A DNA stretch of 63,398 nt, the filler included, from Globobulimina sp. (taxonomy: Eukaryota), in assembly GCA_003354225.1 (NCBI GenBank). It is 45 parts of 45 records of this genome, joined end to end, with 100 filler letters (N's around TTAATTAATTAA, not from the genome) between each part and the next. Parts side by side here need not be neighbours in the genome. Positions count along the whole stretch, not along the records: positions 11,297 to 12,608 come from PIVH01018893.1; positions 12,709 to 14,020 come from PIVH01018894.1; positions 14,121 to 15,432 come from PIVH01018895.1; positions 15,533 to 16,843 come from PIVH01018896.1; positions 16,944 to 18,254 come from PIVH01018897.1; positions 18,355 to 19,665 come from PIVH01018898.1; positions 19,766 to 21,076 come from PIVH01018899.1; positions 21,177 to 22,487 come from PIVH01018900.1; 37 more parts are not named here. One strand, 5' to 3'. This document shows positions 12,031-23,998 of the stretch, one piece after another. The notes beneath the pieces were generated by a model that was given only the letters and a program-made list of their open reading frames with translations, was not told where the DNA came from and did no database searches. The position numbers were made by a program, and so were the translations under genes. How positions within the stretch are numbered: position 1 is the stretch's first letter; each line of letters starts with the position of its first letter.

Positions 12031-13277
12031 TTGAAATGACGGAGCATTCGGATTTAATTTCTTTTGGTGTGATTAACAAATTTGAAAATGTATGTACTGC
12101 GTTAGAAACGTAAGGAGAAACACAAAAAATATGTGAAATATAAAGCGTTTCTATTTGAATGCAGATTTTTAAAATTCGGTTTGATACATACATTTTTCAA
12201 ATTTGTATTTGTTTTTTTCGCAAAGGGTGAGGCATATTTAAACTTTTCAGCAACACCTTTTTGACCACAATCTGGTGCGGAGGTCATTGGTTTGTTCATT
12301 TGTTGTTGCATTGGCACAAATAATTTGTTCCAATCCCATTTTGATGATTGATTCAATTCATGATTTGGTGACGCCGGCGGTGATGTCTTTATTGTGTATG
12401 GATTGTCACCAAAATCTACTGGCATCATAACGTGGTAATTTTTTAATAAACTGAGCATGGTTAAGATGACTAGCTAATAATAAAAAACAACACAGTTTTC
12501 TGAATCTTTGTTGCAAACAGAAAAAGACCAGTTTAAGGTTTAATTAAATTATAATCATATTGCAGTATCGCAATTTTGTGTCATGAAAATGGAATAATTT
12601 TACATGTTNNNNNNNNNNNNNNNNNNNNNNNNNNNNNNNNNNNNNNNNNNNNTTAATTAATTAANNNNNNNNNNNNNNNNNNNNNNNNNNNNNNNNNNNN
12701 NNNNNNNNCAGCATACGATTCAATATTAAAATTATTTTGCTGGATTTGACCAGTAATCCATATAAATGAATCTTCATTATTCATATGATTTGATAATGCA
12801 GCTATATCGTGTAACGTATCTGCCATGATCGCGCACTGAAAATGTATATTCTTAAACAATGTTTTTTTAGTTTAGGCGTCGGGCTACGTATTTGTAGTCA
12901 ATAAAAAAGTAATGAAAATATTTTGTCAATCACTTAAATGAAAATATTCGTACAATACGAAGTTTGCAGCTGTTCCAATTATACTCATACGAAAATTCGC
13001 ACTAAGTAACGCAACCTTTATTTTGTCGGTAATTATAAAACAAATACACAACCAATTAAAAGAAACGCAGCAATCATGTTGAATCCAATGAAAATAATAA
13101 TCACATTGCTACAATTAACACATGTACACAACAAACGCATCAACGTATCACTATCGCGATGTGCTGAATTGAATCATCAGAATCCGGTCGGCCACTGCAG
13201 AATAAATGATCGCGTGTATTATATCCGCGGGTTGCACAGCAAAAAAAATGATTTAATCGAATGGAAAGGATTCTTTT

Positions 13278-14020
13278 ATGGAAAACGCACAGAAACGTAT
13301 GTATTATTTCAAAAACAGTTATAATTTTTTTTACATTTTCCTGACTAATCATTACAGCGAGAAATATCAGTCTGAGGATGTAATTTTGGTGATGGCCAGC
13401 AGAGAGTTTGAAGAACATCTTCTAAAATCATACGACATTCAATTTTCACTTTTTACACAATTTAACCAAACGGTTGATGCGTATCATATGGTTAATTACT
13501 TCGATCGGTCAGACATAAAAGATAATGATAAATCCATTGTGATTGTAAAAAAGTACATCCATTTTGACCTACAGTCATTTGTTAACCACACAGCACAGAG
13601 ATTTATTGGTTCGACTCCAAAATTAAAAGAAAGTGTTGCAATTAATCAAAGTATCAGTCTGATTGTATGTTATGTCACTTCTGTGTTATGTCATGTTTTC
13701 ACAAATTAAATGTTTGTTTTTCTCGATCAGCAACAGATAGCCATACCAATATCCGTTGTTGGTCACCATTTCGGAAAGAGTTATGGTGCAATATCGGAGG
13801 ATAAAATTTATGTGGAACCCAACCCAGAAACGTATGGTGGTACTTATTACCTTTCAGGATTGGAAGATGTAATTCCTTCCAGATTTTATATAAGGAAAAC
13901 ATTGGGTGACTTAATATGGATTGCATGGGGATATTATACACAGTTATGCCATGAAGATATTTTGTTGGATGTAAGCGGGAATATATTGTTCAATGCAGAT
14001 AAAGTTAATATATTTTGTCA
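13278..14020 (+). CDS. Hypothetical protein, probably two exons
   Basis: Two adjacent ORFs separated by an intron-like T-rich stretch ending in CAG (~13650-13730). Confidence 0.45.
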
Positions 14021-14138
14021 NNNNNNNNNNNNNNNNNNNNNNNNNNNNNNNNNNNNNNNNNNNNTTAATTAATTAANNNNNNNNNNNNNNNNNNNNNNNN
14101 NNNNNNNNNNNNNNNNNNNNTCTCTCGTTGTAGACTCA

Positions 14139-14995
14139 ATGAGTGTGGCTCAAAGGGATCATTTTAAGCGGTTAATATTTCGATTGTTCATTTCGTATTT
14201 TACGCTGAATGATGGCTGTTACTCCAAAATCAGAAGAATGATTTTCTTGGGGTATTTGATGATATATTGCGCGAAGAACATTTATGACTCAATTACCATA
14301 CATTCAAACAAGACATTATATGGTGTGATGAATGTCGATCGTTATCACAAAGAATGTAAACATAAGATTGATAATGATAAGAATACGTGTTCCTGGCCTG
14401 TGAAGCAAAGGGGATTAAGATCCAAGGCAAAGATGCTTAGGACGTGGAATGTGGACCAAATTCGACAACATGGCAAAAAATATTTACTTTCTGGTTTCAA
14501 TGAATTTAAAAATGTGGAATACAGCCGCTTCGCCAGTCAGAACTCGCTCATATTTCATATGGTCGGAAAGGTTGAATCGTCCAACACATATCTTGTGATC
14601 GCTGCATGTTCGACACTTTGTTTGTATGAAAAAGTATTATCAATGAAAGTGTTGATGCTGAATTGCTATCGATCGAGAGAGTATTTATTGGCCTAAAAAT
14701 ATTGAATTGTTCATATAAATTATGTAAAGGATATATGTTCCCATCATTTGTGAACAGAAAATATTTTAAATTCAAAAAAAGATTTAAGATTAAAATAAAA
14801 AAATTAATTTGTATGTATTGCCGCAAAAATACGGATACATTGAAGACATGCAAAGGTTGTATGAAAACTGTTTATTGTTCCAGGAGATGTCGAAAATTGC
14901 ACTGGAACAAAGCGCATCGTTTGCAATGCGATCATTTATGGGATGATTCCAAAGCTTACATCACTCTCAAAACTTCTATTTTCAACAAAATGTGA
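14139..14995 (+). pseudogene. MYND zinc-finger protein broken by one frameshift at ~14693
   Basis: 'CMYC..CKGC..YCSRRCRKLHW..HR..C' lies in the second frame; adding one base at GCC|TAA gives continuous 'EYLLALKILN'. Confidence 0.75.
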
Positions 14996-15116
14996 GTTAT
15001 TAAAGCCATTCCATACAAACTTGCATTCAATTTGCACTTCATACATAATTATCGCGGCACATCTAAGATGATGTACCCGTACTGTTTTCAGAATTTGCTT
15101 CCATCTCGCTTTGATA

Positions 15117-15432
15117 ATGCAGTCTGTCGATTTCTATTTTGATTTATCATGTCCATATTCATATATGGTGTCAACCCAAATCAATGAAATATGCTTAAAA
15201 CACAATGTTATTCCAAAATGGCATCCATTTTTAAAATCTGATCAAGCGTCAAAGCCTTACACATCAGCATCAAGCAAATTAAAATACAATTCAAGATTGT
15301 TGCTTTTTTCTGCGCAAAGGATTGTGCATAATAATAATTTTTATCAACGGTTACACCAAACACCATCCACAGTGAATGAAATGGCATTTTTAGCATCGAT
15401 TTATAATCAAAGCAATGAAACAATGATAAAAT
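15117..15432 (+). CDS. DsbA-like / GST-kappa (HCCA isomerase family) protein, 3' truncated
   Basis: N-terminal 'VDFYFDLSCPYSY..W.PF'. Confidence 0.75.
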
Positions 15433-15532
15433 NNNNNNNNNNNNNNNNNNNNNNNNNNNNNNNNNNNNNNNNNNNNTTAATTAATTAANNNNNNNNNNNN
15501 NNNNNNNNNNNNNNNNNNNNNNNNNNNNNNNN

Positions 15533-15890
15533 GACTGTTTCTGCAGCCGATTGGGCAAACAGCTCAATGACTACCGACTCGCCATTTTCCATTTCAATCG
15601 TGGCAATGTATGTTTTTTCAGGATCAATGGTCATGGGTGGCGGGGCATCGTATTGGCTTTCTGCTAATTCAGCCAGGGCGACTTGTGAGCCTACAAAATC
15701 ATCCCACAAAGCATAATCATTAGGCACCTGCGGCAACAACTGACCATCTAATATTACAGATGGCGTGCCCGGCATCCCCAAAGCAATCGCCTCTTCTTCA
15801 GAAGCAGACACATAAGCGGCATACGCCCCACTTTCTAAATCAGCCGCGAATTGATCAACGTCTAATCCCAAGTCATCAGCCATATCTTCT
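15533..15890 (-). CDS. Bacterial DsbA + cyclophilin-type PPIase fusion fragment (foreign DNA)
   Basis: 'ALGMPGTPSVILDG' (DsbA end) then 'PPPMTIDPEKTYIATIEMENG..VIELFA..A.ETV' (cyclophilin start); GC content higher than the rest of the contig. Confidence 0.8.
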
Positions 15891-16276
15891 GTATCTGATT
15901 GGATGGATGCCAAGTTGGCAATTTGTTGACTGTGAATCATTTTCTATTTAAGCTGAAAGTGTTAATTTCATTTTATTCAAAACGCAAAAAATTATCGGAT
16001 TTATATTGGAATAAAAATTATCGGATTTTGCCGGTCATGTTCCATTTTAAAAAGTATACAAACACTCAATTTTAAAAAGTTTGAATATGTTCAACAGAAA
16101 CAACTCCATTTACAAAAGTCACACAAACATTTTAGTCCATTTACAAAAGAAACAACTCCATTTAAAAAAAAACATGCAATATTAATGTCCGTTATATTAA
16201 CGTGACATTTATTGAAAAATGACATAATTAGCTAATTACAGACTTACACATAATTAGCTAGCTATCATATACATAA

Positions 16277-16843
16277 TTACAGAGCGTCATCCATCTCAAC
16301 TTCAGCAACATCGGTTCTGTTGACATCATCATCATTCTTAGCATTTATATTTGTAATTATCCGTTCATTACTTGTTTTTTTATAATTTTGAATTAATTTA
16401 CAAAGAGTAACACTTTCATCATCTTGTAATTGAGCCCCAACCCATCCTAATTTATAAAAGAGTGTCACAAATAAAATATTAACAAGCCATGATAAAATGA
16501 GATACATCCCAGGGATTACAACAACTTTATCAAAAATATCGTTTTCAGGAACACTTAATGCTAAAATAGTGATTGCCAACGCTCCGTTTTGATTGGAAGT
16601 CTCTATTCCAACAGATATAGAACTTGGCTTTGCTAATTTTAATAATAATGCGAAAAATAAACCAAATATCCAGCCAAAGGTAGTTAATATTAACGGTGCA
16701 ATATGATATTTCCATGATATTTTATACAATGGATAGTCGGAAGTAAGGTTATCATAAAATGCTACAACAATAACTATGAGGATAAATAATGTTGCTAATG
16801 GTGCTAAAATTTTTTGTGCAAGCATCAAACCGGTCATGGACGG
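16277..16843 (-). CDS. Bile acid:Na+ symporter (SLC10/SBF family), 5' truncated
   Basis: 'SISVGIETSNQNGALAITI' signature with several TM helices. Confidence 0.85.
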   Translation of the reverse strand, partial: PSMTGLMLAQKILAPLATLFILIVIVVAFYDNLTSDYPLYKISWKYHIAPLILTTFGWIFGLFFALLLKLAKPSSISVGIETSNQNGALAITILALSVPENDIFDKVVVIPGMYLILSWLVNILFVTLFYKLGWVGAQLQDDESVTLCKLIQNYKKTSNERIITNINAKNDDDVNRTDVAEVEMDDAL

Positions 16844-17118
16844 NNNNNNNNNNNNNNNNNNNNNNNNNNNNNNNNNNNNNNNNNNNNTTAATTAATTAAN
16901 NNNNNNNNNNNNNNNNNNNNNNNNNNNNNNNNNNNNNNNNNNNCAATTTCGAATATATTTGCCTCGTCATATTGATTATGTTGGGATGCAGACAATTGCA
17001 ACGATATATTAAAAATAAGGTAGCTGCATAAATATCAAGTTACCATCACAAGCCACGCGATATCGCAGCTAGTAATTATGAAAACATCCGATTTATAAAA
17101 CTGTTATAAAGTACAAAC

Positions 17119-18254
17119 ATGCCAAGAAAAAACGGAGCAGCCTTAAAGCAACAAATATTATTCAATCAAAACACAAACCAAAGACGTCGACGGGACAAAA
17201 AATTAAATCTAAATCAACAAAATGATGCAATGATAACTGTAACACCAATAATTCCAGAAAATGAATCAATTCGAGAAGCACTAATCGCCGATGATATAAT
17301 TAATGATCAAAATGAATCTCTAATTGCAGGTACGGACACGCACCAAAATGGAACAGCAGAGGAATTCAAAGAAGAGCAGAAAAGTGAGGATGAAGCAATA
17401 CATGTTCCAGATCCAGAATTGCTGGCAACCATTACACAAAAAGAACAGTCAACATTCAGTTGTGTGGATTATGAAACTGACAACGATTCAAATTACAACT
17501 TGGTTTTCGGTGATTTACAAAAATGGAGAATCCATAAGTTATCTCAACATAATAAAAACATGGAAACTGGATTCGAAGATTTATGGTTTCTCAAAAACCA
17601 ACAAAATAGAAAACAAAGAAGAAAAGTATTTGTTGAAGGAAAAGTTCACAGAGTCTCTAACATTAATGCTGACGATGAGACATTTGAAGCGAAATTGCAT
17701 TTATTTTTATCTTGGTTGGTAACCAAAGATGAATATTTATTATGTGTCGAAGAGGAAGAAAAATATGAATCATTGCCGGATTACTCTGCGACAACGACCA
17801 TTGATAAAGACAACAAAATGTGGCATCCAATTATACATATTCCCAACTTCGAACATAGCAAACACGAATTTGTGGATAATGGAAACGGGGTTAAATTCAA
17901 AATCGTTTCTTATAAAAAGTTTGCTGGCTTTGGTACTGGACTCGATACAAAATTAAATATCGACCCACAATGCATTAAAAAAGATTGCTTTGATATTAAA
18001 TCAGCGAAATTCATACGATGCAAAGTGGAAATATCTGGATTATTTTACAGTGAATTTGAACTGAAAAACTTTCCGTTTGACATACAAAGTTTAGGTGTAA
18101 CCATTATGGAAAGGAGTGGAAAGGCTACTTTTTTGCCGGCATTTCGTGAAAGGAAACAGTTTATGAATGTGGATAGTTTGTGTTTTGAAGTGAAAGAATG
18201 GGATTTGGAGGCAACTATGTTCGAAATGGTAGATGCCGATCCAAGTTATGATAC
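17119..18254 (+). CDS. Cys-less (Pro-loop) pentameric ligand-gated ion channel, ligand-binding-domain half; truncated
   Basis: 'V.RVSNI..DETFEA.L.L.LSW', 'W.P.I.IPN', 'FELKNFPFDIQ.L', 'EW.L'. Confidence 0.78.
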
Positions 18255-18415
18255 NNNNNNNNNNNNNNNNNNNNNNNNNNNNNNNNNNNNNNNNNNNNTT
18301 AATTAATTAANNNNNNNNNNNNNNNNNNNNNNNNNNNNNNNNNNNNNNNNNNNNTTTTTCTAGAAATAGTTTGTATACTTTGTATTAAAAAAAATCTTAG
18401 TGCCAGGATAAAAAT

Positions 18416-19330
18416 TTATTTTTCGTCATTTTCTTTAACTTCGTCGCTTTTTTTATTGACAAACATTTTCGTACCAAGAGACGACTGTAATTCATGCTTT
18501 TTGTCCAACAATTTGGTCATAATTTCTTTTCCTTTCTTACCACCAACTTTTTGCGCATTTGTTTGCAATGAGTTATTATATCCTCTCCTCCGTTTATAAT
18601 GGCCATGGCCAAACAACTTGGAATCTTTTCTTTTATTCCACATCGAAATATGCGCAAATTGAATTTCGCAGATATGCCTTGGATAAATTTCATTGATGGG
18701 CTCAATCAATAAATGAATATCTGCCCATCCATGATGTGTTGGTGCAGAATATCTATTTTTTATTCTAACAATTTGAAAACCAAACATATTTTTATTATGT
18801 TTCAATAATAACTCCAAAATGCAATATAAATCATTGAAATTTTCATGAACAATGGCACCGCGACAAACATCCAATAATTTTCTCCAATTTCCATCATAAT
18901 CTGCGTCAACTTTTTGTTTTGCTCGATCGAATTTTTTAAGTGGAGCTGGATGAATGTCATAATTATTGACAATTTTATTCGCAATTTTTTCTTCGAAATG
19001 CTTTATTAAATTATCCATAAATTCTTTTAATGGTTTCTCAAGTTTTTGTGCTGCGGATAATAATTTGTTCCAATCGTTTTGATTTTCGATTTGCAATATA
19101 GGTGAAGTGCGATTTACTTTTTCGTCTGCAAACTTATCACATAATTTACAACATTTATCAAAATAACCATCCTTTGTAATTTTATTTAAAGTGAACCAAT
19201 ATGGTGTTTCAGTGTCAATTTTCTGTTCGCATTTATCAACAGATTTGTTTATGGTGTCAACAATTGGTGATAATACCGCTTGCGTCTTATCGCCAAGTTT
19301 ATTTGCTGTGCTTTTGACTGATTCTAACAT
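18416..19330 (-). CDS. Stand-alone RelA/SpoT-like nucleotidyltransferase (small alarmone synthetase-like)
   Basis: Motifs in RSH order: LKKFDRAKQK, LLDVCRG, IKNRY..PTHHGWADIH, HICEIQF; complete intronless ORF. Confidence 0.8.
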   Translation of the reverse strand: MLESVKSTANKLGDKTQAVLSPIVDTINKSVDKCEQKIDTETPYWFTLNKITKDGYFDKCCKLCDKFADEKVNRTSPILQIENQNDWNKLLSAAQKLEKPLKEFMDNLIKHFEEKIANKIVNNYDIHPAPLKKFDRAKQKVDADYDGNWRKLLDVCRGAIVHENFNDLYCILELLLKHNKNMFGFQIVRIKNRYSAPTHHGWADIHLLIEPINEIYPRHICEIQFAHISMWNKRKDSKLFGHGHYKRRRGYNNSLQTNAQKVGGKKGKEIMTKLLDKKHELQSSLGTKMFVNKKSDEVKENDEK

Positions 19331-20054
19331 GGAATAGGGCTTTCCGATTAAATTAGTACTTGGAAATTTTGAAAACTTTTCGAAGACAAAAATTAATTGC
19401 AGCCAGAAACTGAGCACACAGACCACGTATTACACACACACGAAAAAAAAATCAGCAAAAAAAATCAGCACATTCATAAAAACTACACAAACGAAAAAAA
19501 AAATGTATTTATTTACATAATAAAAATATTAAAAAATGTAAAACGAAACAAAAAAGTCGAAGAAGATTTAATTTAATTTAATTTATTGTGGTGTAATAAG
19601 TAAGCAATTCTTTGAAGCAATTCCCCGTTTTGGATGATGATATGTGGAATGATGTAAATTCCATCNNNNNNNNNNNNNNNNNNNNNNNNNNNNNNNNNNN
19701 NNNNNNNNNTTAATTAATTAANNNNNNNNNNNNNNNNNNNNNNNNNNNNNNNNNNNNNNNNNNNNCCGATCTTTTTGATACTGCGAACCAAAAAAGTTTT
19801 GCTTGAGCTTAATGTCCTCGATCGTTTGTGTCTCGTTGGATGGATCATTAATAGAGAGAATTGATAGATGGATGGATGTTTGTATTTCAATTTTTTCCCA
19901 TAAACTCAATCAAAAATCCGAAAACATATATTAGTTTCTATTATTATTATGATACCATATTCCCTGTATCGTCATTGTTAGGAAATAAAGCATTGTATCC
20001 ATGTTCAACTTTTTAGTTATATTTTTATCTAAAGCCTCCGTCCATTTCTCTCCA

Positions 20055-20897
20055 TTAATTCAGTCGCATCACCCTCAAAACAAAAACATTAAACCACACA
20101 GCACAGAATATAAAAAATGCAAAAGCTGACAATGTCATCTCCACGTTTGTATACACAATTAAACCCGCACCTGATGTTACGCATAATGATGGCCCCAAAT
20201 TAAGAATTATTCGAAGAAAGTACGCCATTTTATAAATTGCCCACATATCTGGTCTCTCAGTCATTATTATTAATGCACCAAACATATTGGTCCAATGCAT
20301 ACTAATTAATTGCACCAATTGTTTTGCTGAAATTGGGATTGCACTATTCATGCACCGAATGGATCCATCATTTGTAAAAAAAAATACCAATCTTGTTTCA
20401 ATTATCGCTTCTTTTTCCCCAGTCCCGCAGCCTAATTTTTTCACTTTAAATGATAAAAACGGAAAATAATACCTTTTTGTGCTGTTGTGCATAGTGTGGA
20501 TACGTAACATCCCTCTGACCATCGCTGGCATGGACGCGTTCCAATGTGTTATCTGTTGAAAAGAAACAGGTGTTTTCATTAAATAAAATTGTTTCAAAAT
20601 ATCTTTTGCTGTTATTCGATGACTATTGGAATTGTTGTTTGATTTAGCAATTGATTTGTTAAGTATTGATTTGTAATTTTTTCTGATTGGTTCTAAAATA
20701 ATTTCATCAATGCAAGGTTTGATTTGCCGAGAGGTCATTGATAAATGGATTAAATCTCGACTCGATTTGCCTTTTGCACTGAGAAATGGTGCAATATGAT
20801 TTTTGATTAACTCTGGTGGCAATTGATCGAGACTTAAACATAAATGAATCATAGTTGCGCAACAACACAATGCCCAAATGTATGAAATTAATTTCAT
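20055..20897 (-). CDS. Signal-peptide + F-box-like motif + two C-terminal TM helices
   Basis: Hydrophobic N-terminus, then 'LDQLPPELIKNHIAPFL..DLIHLSMTSRQ'. Confidence 0.6.
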   Translation of the reverse strand: MKLISYIWALCCCATMIHLCLSLDQLPPELIKNHIAPFLSAKGKSSRDLIHLSMTSRQIKPCIDEIILEPIRKNYKSILNKSIAKSNNNSNSHRITAKDILKQFYLMKTPVSFQQITHWNASMPAMVRGMLRIHTMHNSTKRYYFPFLSFKVKKLGCGTGEKEAIIETRLVFFFTNDGSIRCMNSAIPISAKQLVQLISMHWTNMFGALIIMTERPDMWAIYKMAYFLRIILNLGPSLCVTSGAGLIVYTNVEMTLSAFAFFIFCAVWFNVFVLRVMRLN

Positions 20898-21176
20898 TCT
20901 TTTTCTGATACTGAGAGCTTTAAATTATTACTGGTATTTCGGATGCGAATCACCGGTTCATTACTAAAACAAATGCAGCTGCAATGATTGAGCAATTACA
21001 TTCACTTGTTTTTATAGTTGTTTTTTCTGTCAGATAACACACTCTTTTTATCCAACTTCTAGCAATGTAATTTATANNNNNNNNNNNNNNNNNNNNNNNN
21101 NNNNNNNNNNNNNNNNNNNNTTAATTAATTAANNNNNNNNNNNNNNNNNNNNNNNNNNNNNNNNNNNNNNNNNNNN

Positions 21177-22426
21177 TTTCAAATGTGATTCCATGAAAAT
21201 GATTTCTTACATGTTTGGATTTTCTTCGCATCCTCGGCCGTGTTGACGTATTATTGCTATTGGGAAAACCCATTCCGCCGCCGGAGGTGGTATAATGTAG
21301 CTCACAGTGCGGCAACTCGTCATACCATCCGTCCTCATCCTCATCCTCATACACATCAAGCACAGGATGGGGCGGTCTCATTAATTCCAATTTATTCCAA
21401 TCGATTCCTTTAAAGAAAGAATGTTTTTGTATTCGAATGAAATTCATCCGTGATTGCCAGGAACATAACAACTTTAAAATACAGTCTTTGGCAGAGGCAG
21501 ACAGTTCAAAATCTATCGCAATGTGCAAAGTCCGTGAATAATTTAAAATATTTCGACATGTCTGCTTTGGCGAAGCGGCATAAAATGGGGTATATCCACA
21601 GAGGCACTCATACAAAATTACCCCCAAACTCCACCAATCACATTCAAATCCATATCCTTTTTTGCTTAATATTTCAGGTGCCACATAATCGGGAGTACCA
21701 ACAATCCGATATAATAATTTCCGATTTTTACGTGATTTTCTTGGAACGACATCATTATGAAATTCTTGCGGATCATAATAGGCTGCGCTGCCAAAGTCGC
21801 ATAGCTTAATATGTCCACTTTTATCTAATAATATATTATCCGGCTTTGACACACAAATAAGATAAATATGTGACAACAAAGAGGGAAAAAAAGAAAAGTC
21901 AAACCTTTATATCACGATGAACATAATTATGACTATGTAAATAATTAATTGCTTTCGCAATTTCAGCTATATAAAATTGTGTATCCTTCTCAGTCAATAC
22001 ATCGCTTTCCATTAATATTTTCATCAAATCACAGGGACAATATTCCTCCACTAAATGTAAATATTTTGTGTCTTGAAAGGACCAATAAAGCTTTATAATG
22101 AGCCAATTATTCAAATTTATTAAAATATCGCGTTCAATGAATATTTGCTTTTCTTGTTTTTTTTTGATCATTAATTTTTTACTCAGAGATTTCAGGGCAA
22201 ACTGATTGTTTTTGCCTTGGAAATGTTTGTAATTTACAAGGCGAACCTCAGCGAAGCCACCTCTTCCAATCACGGATATTTGCTTAAAATCATCAACGTT
22301 TATTTTTTCATATAAATAAGTATGGCACAAATCAATTATTGTCATTGGTATTTTTTTCTTGCTGCGAACCTTTCCTTTATAAAATGTATAAAAAAACCTT
22401 TGTAACTCACGGCTGCATTCGACCAA
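21177..22426 (-). CDS. NDR/LATS-family AGC kinase, two exons
   Basis: 'IGRGGFAEVRL', 'HRDIK|PDN' across intron 21844-21904, 'VGTPDYVAPE', 'ECDWWSLGVI'. Confidence 0.9.
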
Positions 22427-22588
22427 ATGACAATATCCATAGACGAGTAATAAACTTCTTTTTCTATTTGATTCGGTCTGATATCTANNNNNNNNNNNNN
22501 NNNNNNNNNNNNNNNNNNNNNNNNNNNNNNNTTAATTAATTAANNNNNNNNNNNNNNNNNNNNNNNNNNNNNNNNNNNNNNNNNNNNG

Positions 22589-23898
22589 ACAGTTGGTTCC
22601 ACCACATTAATAAATATGTTATACAGCATTTCCAATCTATGGAATGGGTACAACGTAACAACGACGTATGACTCTCAAACTTATTCTTTTGAGTGCACAT
22701 TTTGCACCACATTCAGCCAAACCATCAATAATATTACGAATCAAATTGACGACCAAACTGGCCCAATATTTGAATCCTTAAATTCCACAGTTTCAGCCAT
22801 TGGGTCCACGCTATTAAATGTCGAAGGCGACATTATTGAGCAAATAGATGGCTTTATTGAGCAAATTGGTGATGTGCATGATGAGGTTATGTCGGCGGAG
22901 GACACGGTGCTTTCCGCTCGGCCAGCCATTGAAGATTATAATAATAAGCGCGAGATTGGCTACAATATCATATTTGCCATTCCATTATTACCGATCCTAT
23001 TTATTTTATTTGGTGGCATCTTAAAGAAACCGGGATGTTTTACTTTATCTTATATTTGTTTGTGGTTTTCTTGCACTGTGATGTGGTTATTGTTAATGTT
23101 GCATTTGCCAATCGCAGTTTTATTAAATGATACCTGCCATTTTCTAGATGTTTTGGACGCAAATGTGACGCAAACATTTAATAATACCATGGGCCAAATA
23201 TTCGAAGCATGTCTAACCAATGAAAAATTAACAGAAACATTGGGAGTTGGCGCCGCATTAAATTTTACAAATGCAATTCAATTCCCTTCGTTAGGAAATA
23301 TTACGCAAGAATTTGAGTTTTCAGATCTATTGAATTTTCAAAGTGATGCCTTATCTACGAATTTCTCCACTTTTTATGCCAATGGTGATGCAGCTTTAGT
23401 GGTGGTTAATAATTTAACATTAAGTTCGCCTGCAAATGGCTTTGGTTGCTGCAAATATTCGAGGACTAACATTTCCTCATTGAATTCCTCCGAATATTAT
23501 GCATTTAACAGCACATTGCAAGTTACGTTGGAAAATTTAAAAAATATATTAATGGCAGAATCTGGCTCAATTTCAGCATTCAATGAGACGATTTACAAAA
23601 TTCGGAATAATTTATCATCCGTTTCGAATCAGGTGATTGTGATTGAGACAAATGTGCAGCAGTTGGCCAATAATGTGGAGAATGCGTCGGTTTTACTAAA
23701 TCCGTTATTTAATGATGTGGATGATATGATTGATACCGCCCGATGTGGTTTTATTGGCGATGCCTATATCGATACAAAGGCAGTTATGTGTAGTGCTGTG
23801 TTGGGGGCCTTGTCTCGCATCGTAGTGTCCATGTTTGTCATTGCAGTGTTGTCCTTATTCAGTTGCATTTGGAGTGTCAAATTGGTGCGAAAGGTGGA
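22589..23898 (+). CDS. Prominin/tweety-like membrane glycoprotein fragment
   Basis: Two TM helices then 'LLNDTC', a large loop rich in N-glycosylation sites, 'CGFI..Y..K..MC' and a final TM. Confidence 0.6.
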
Positions 23899-23998
23899 NN
23901 NNNNNNNNNNNNNNNNNNNNNNNNNNNNNNNNNNNNNNNNNNTTAATTAATTAANNNNNNNNNNNNNNNNNNNNNNNNNNNNNNNNNNNNNNNNNNNN

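Noticed and set aside
15117-15890. Two DsbA-like genes side by side as a redox operon
   Set aside because: They are separated by a linker; one is host-like and the other bacterial
16085-16280. Short direct repeats (aaacaactccattta, acataattagcta) downstream of the SLC10 gene
   Set aside because: Only two or three short copies in AT-rich 3' sequence, consistent with local slippage
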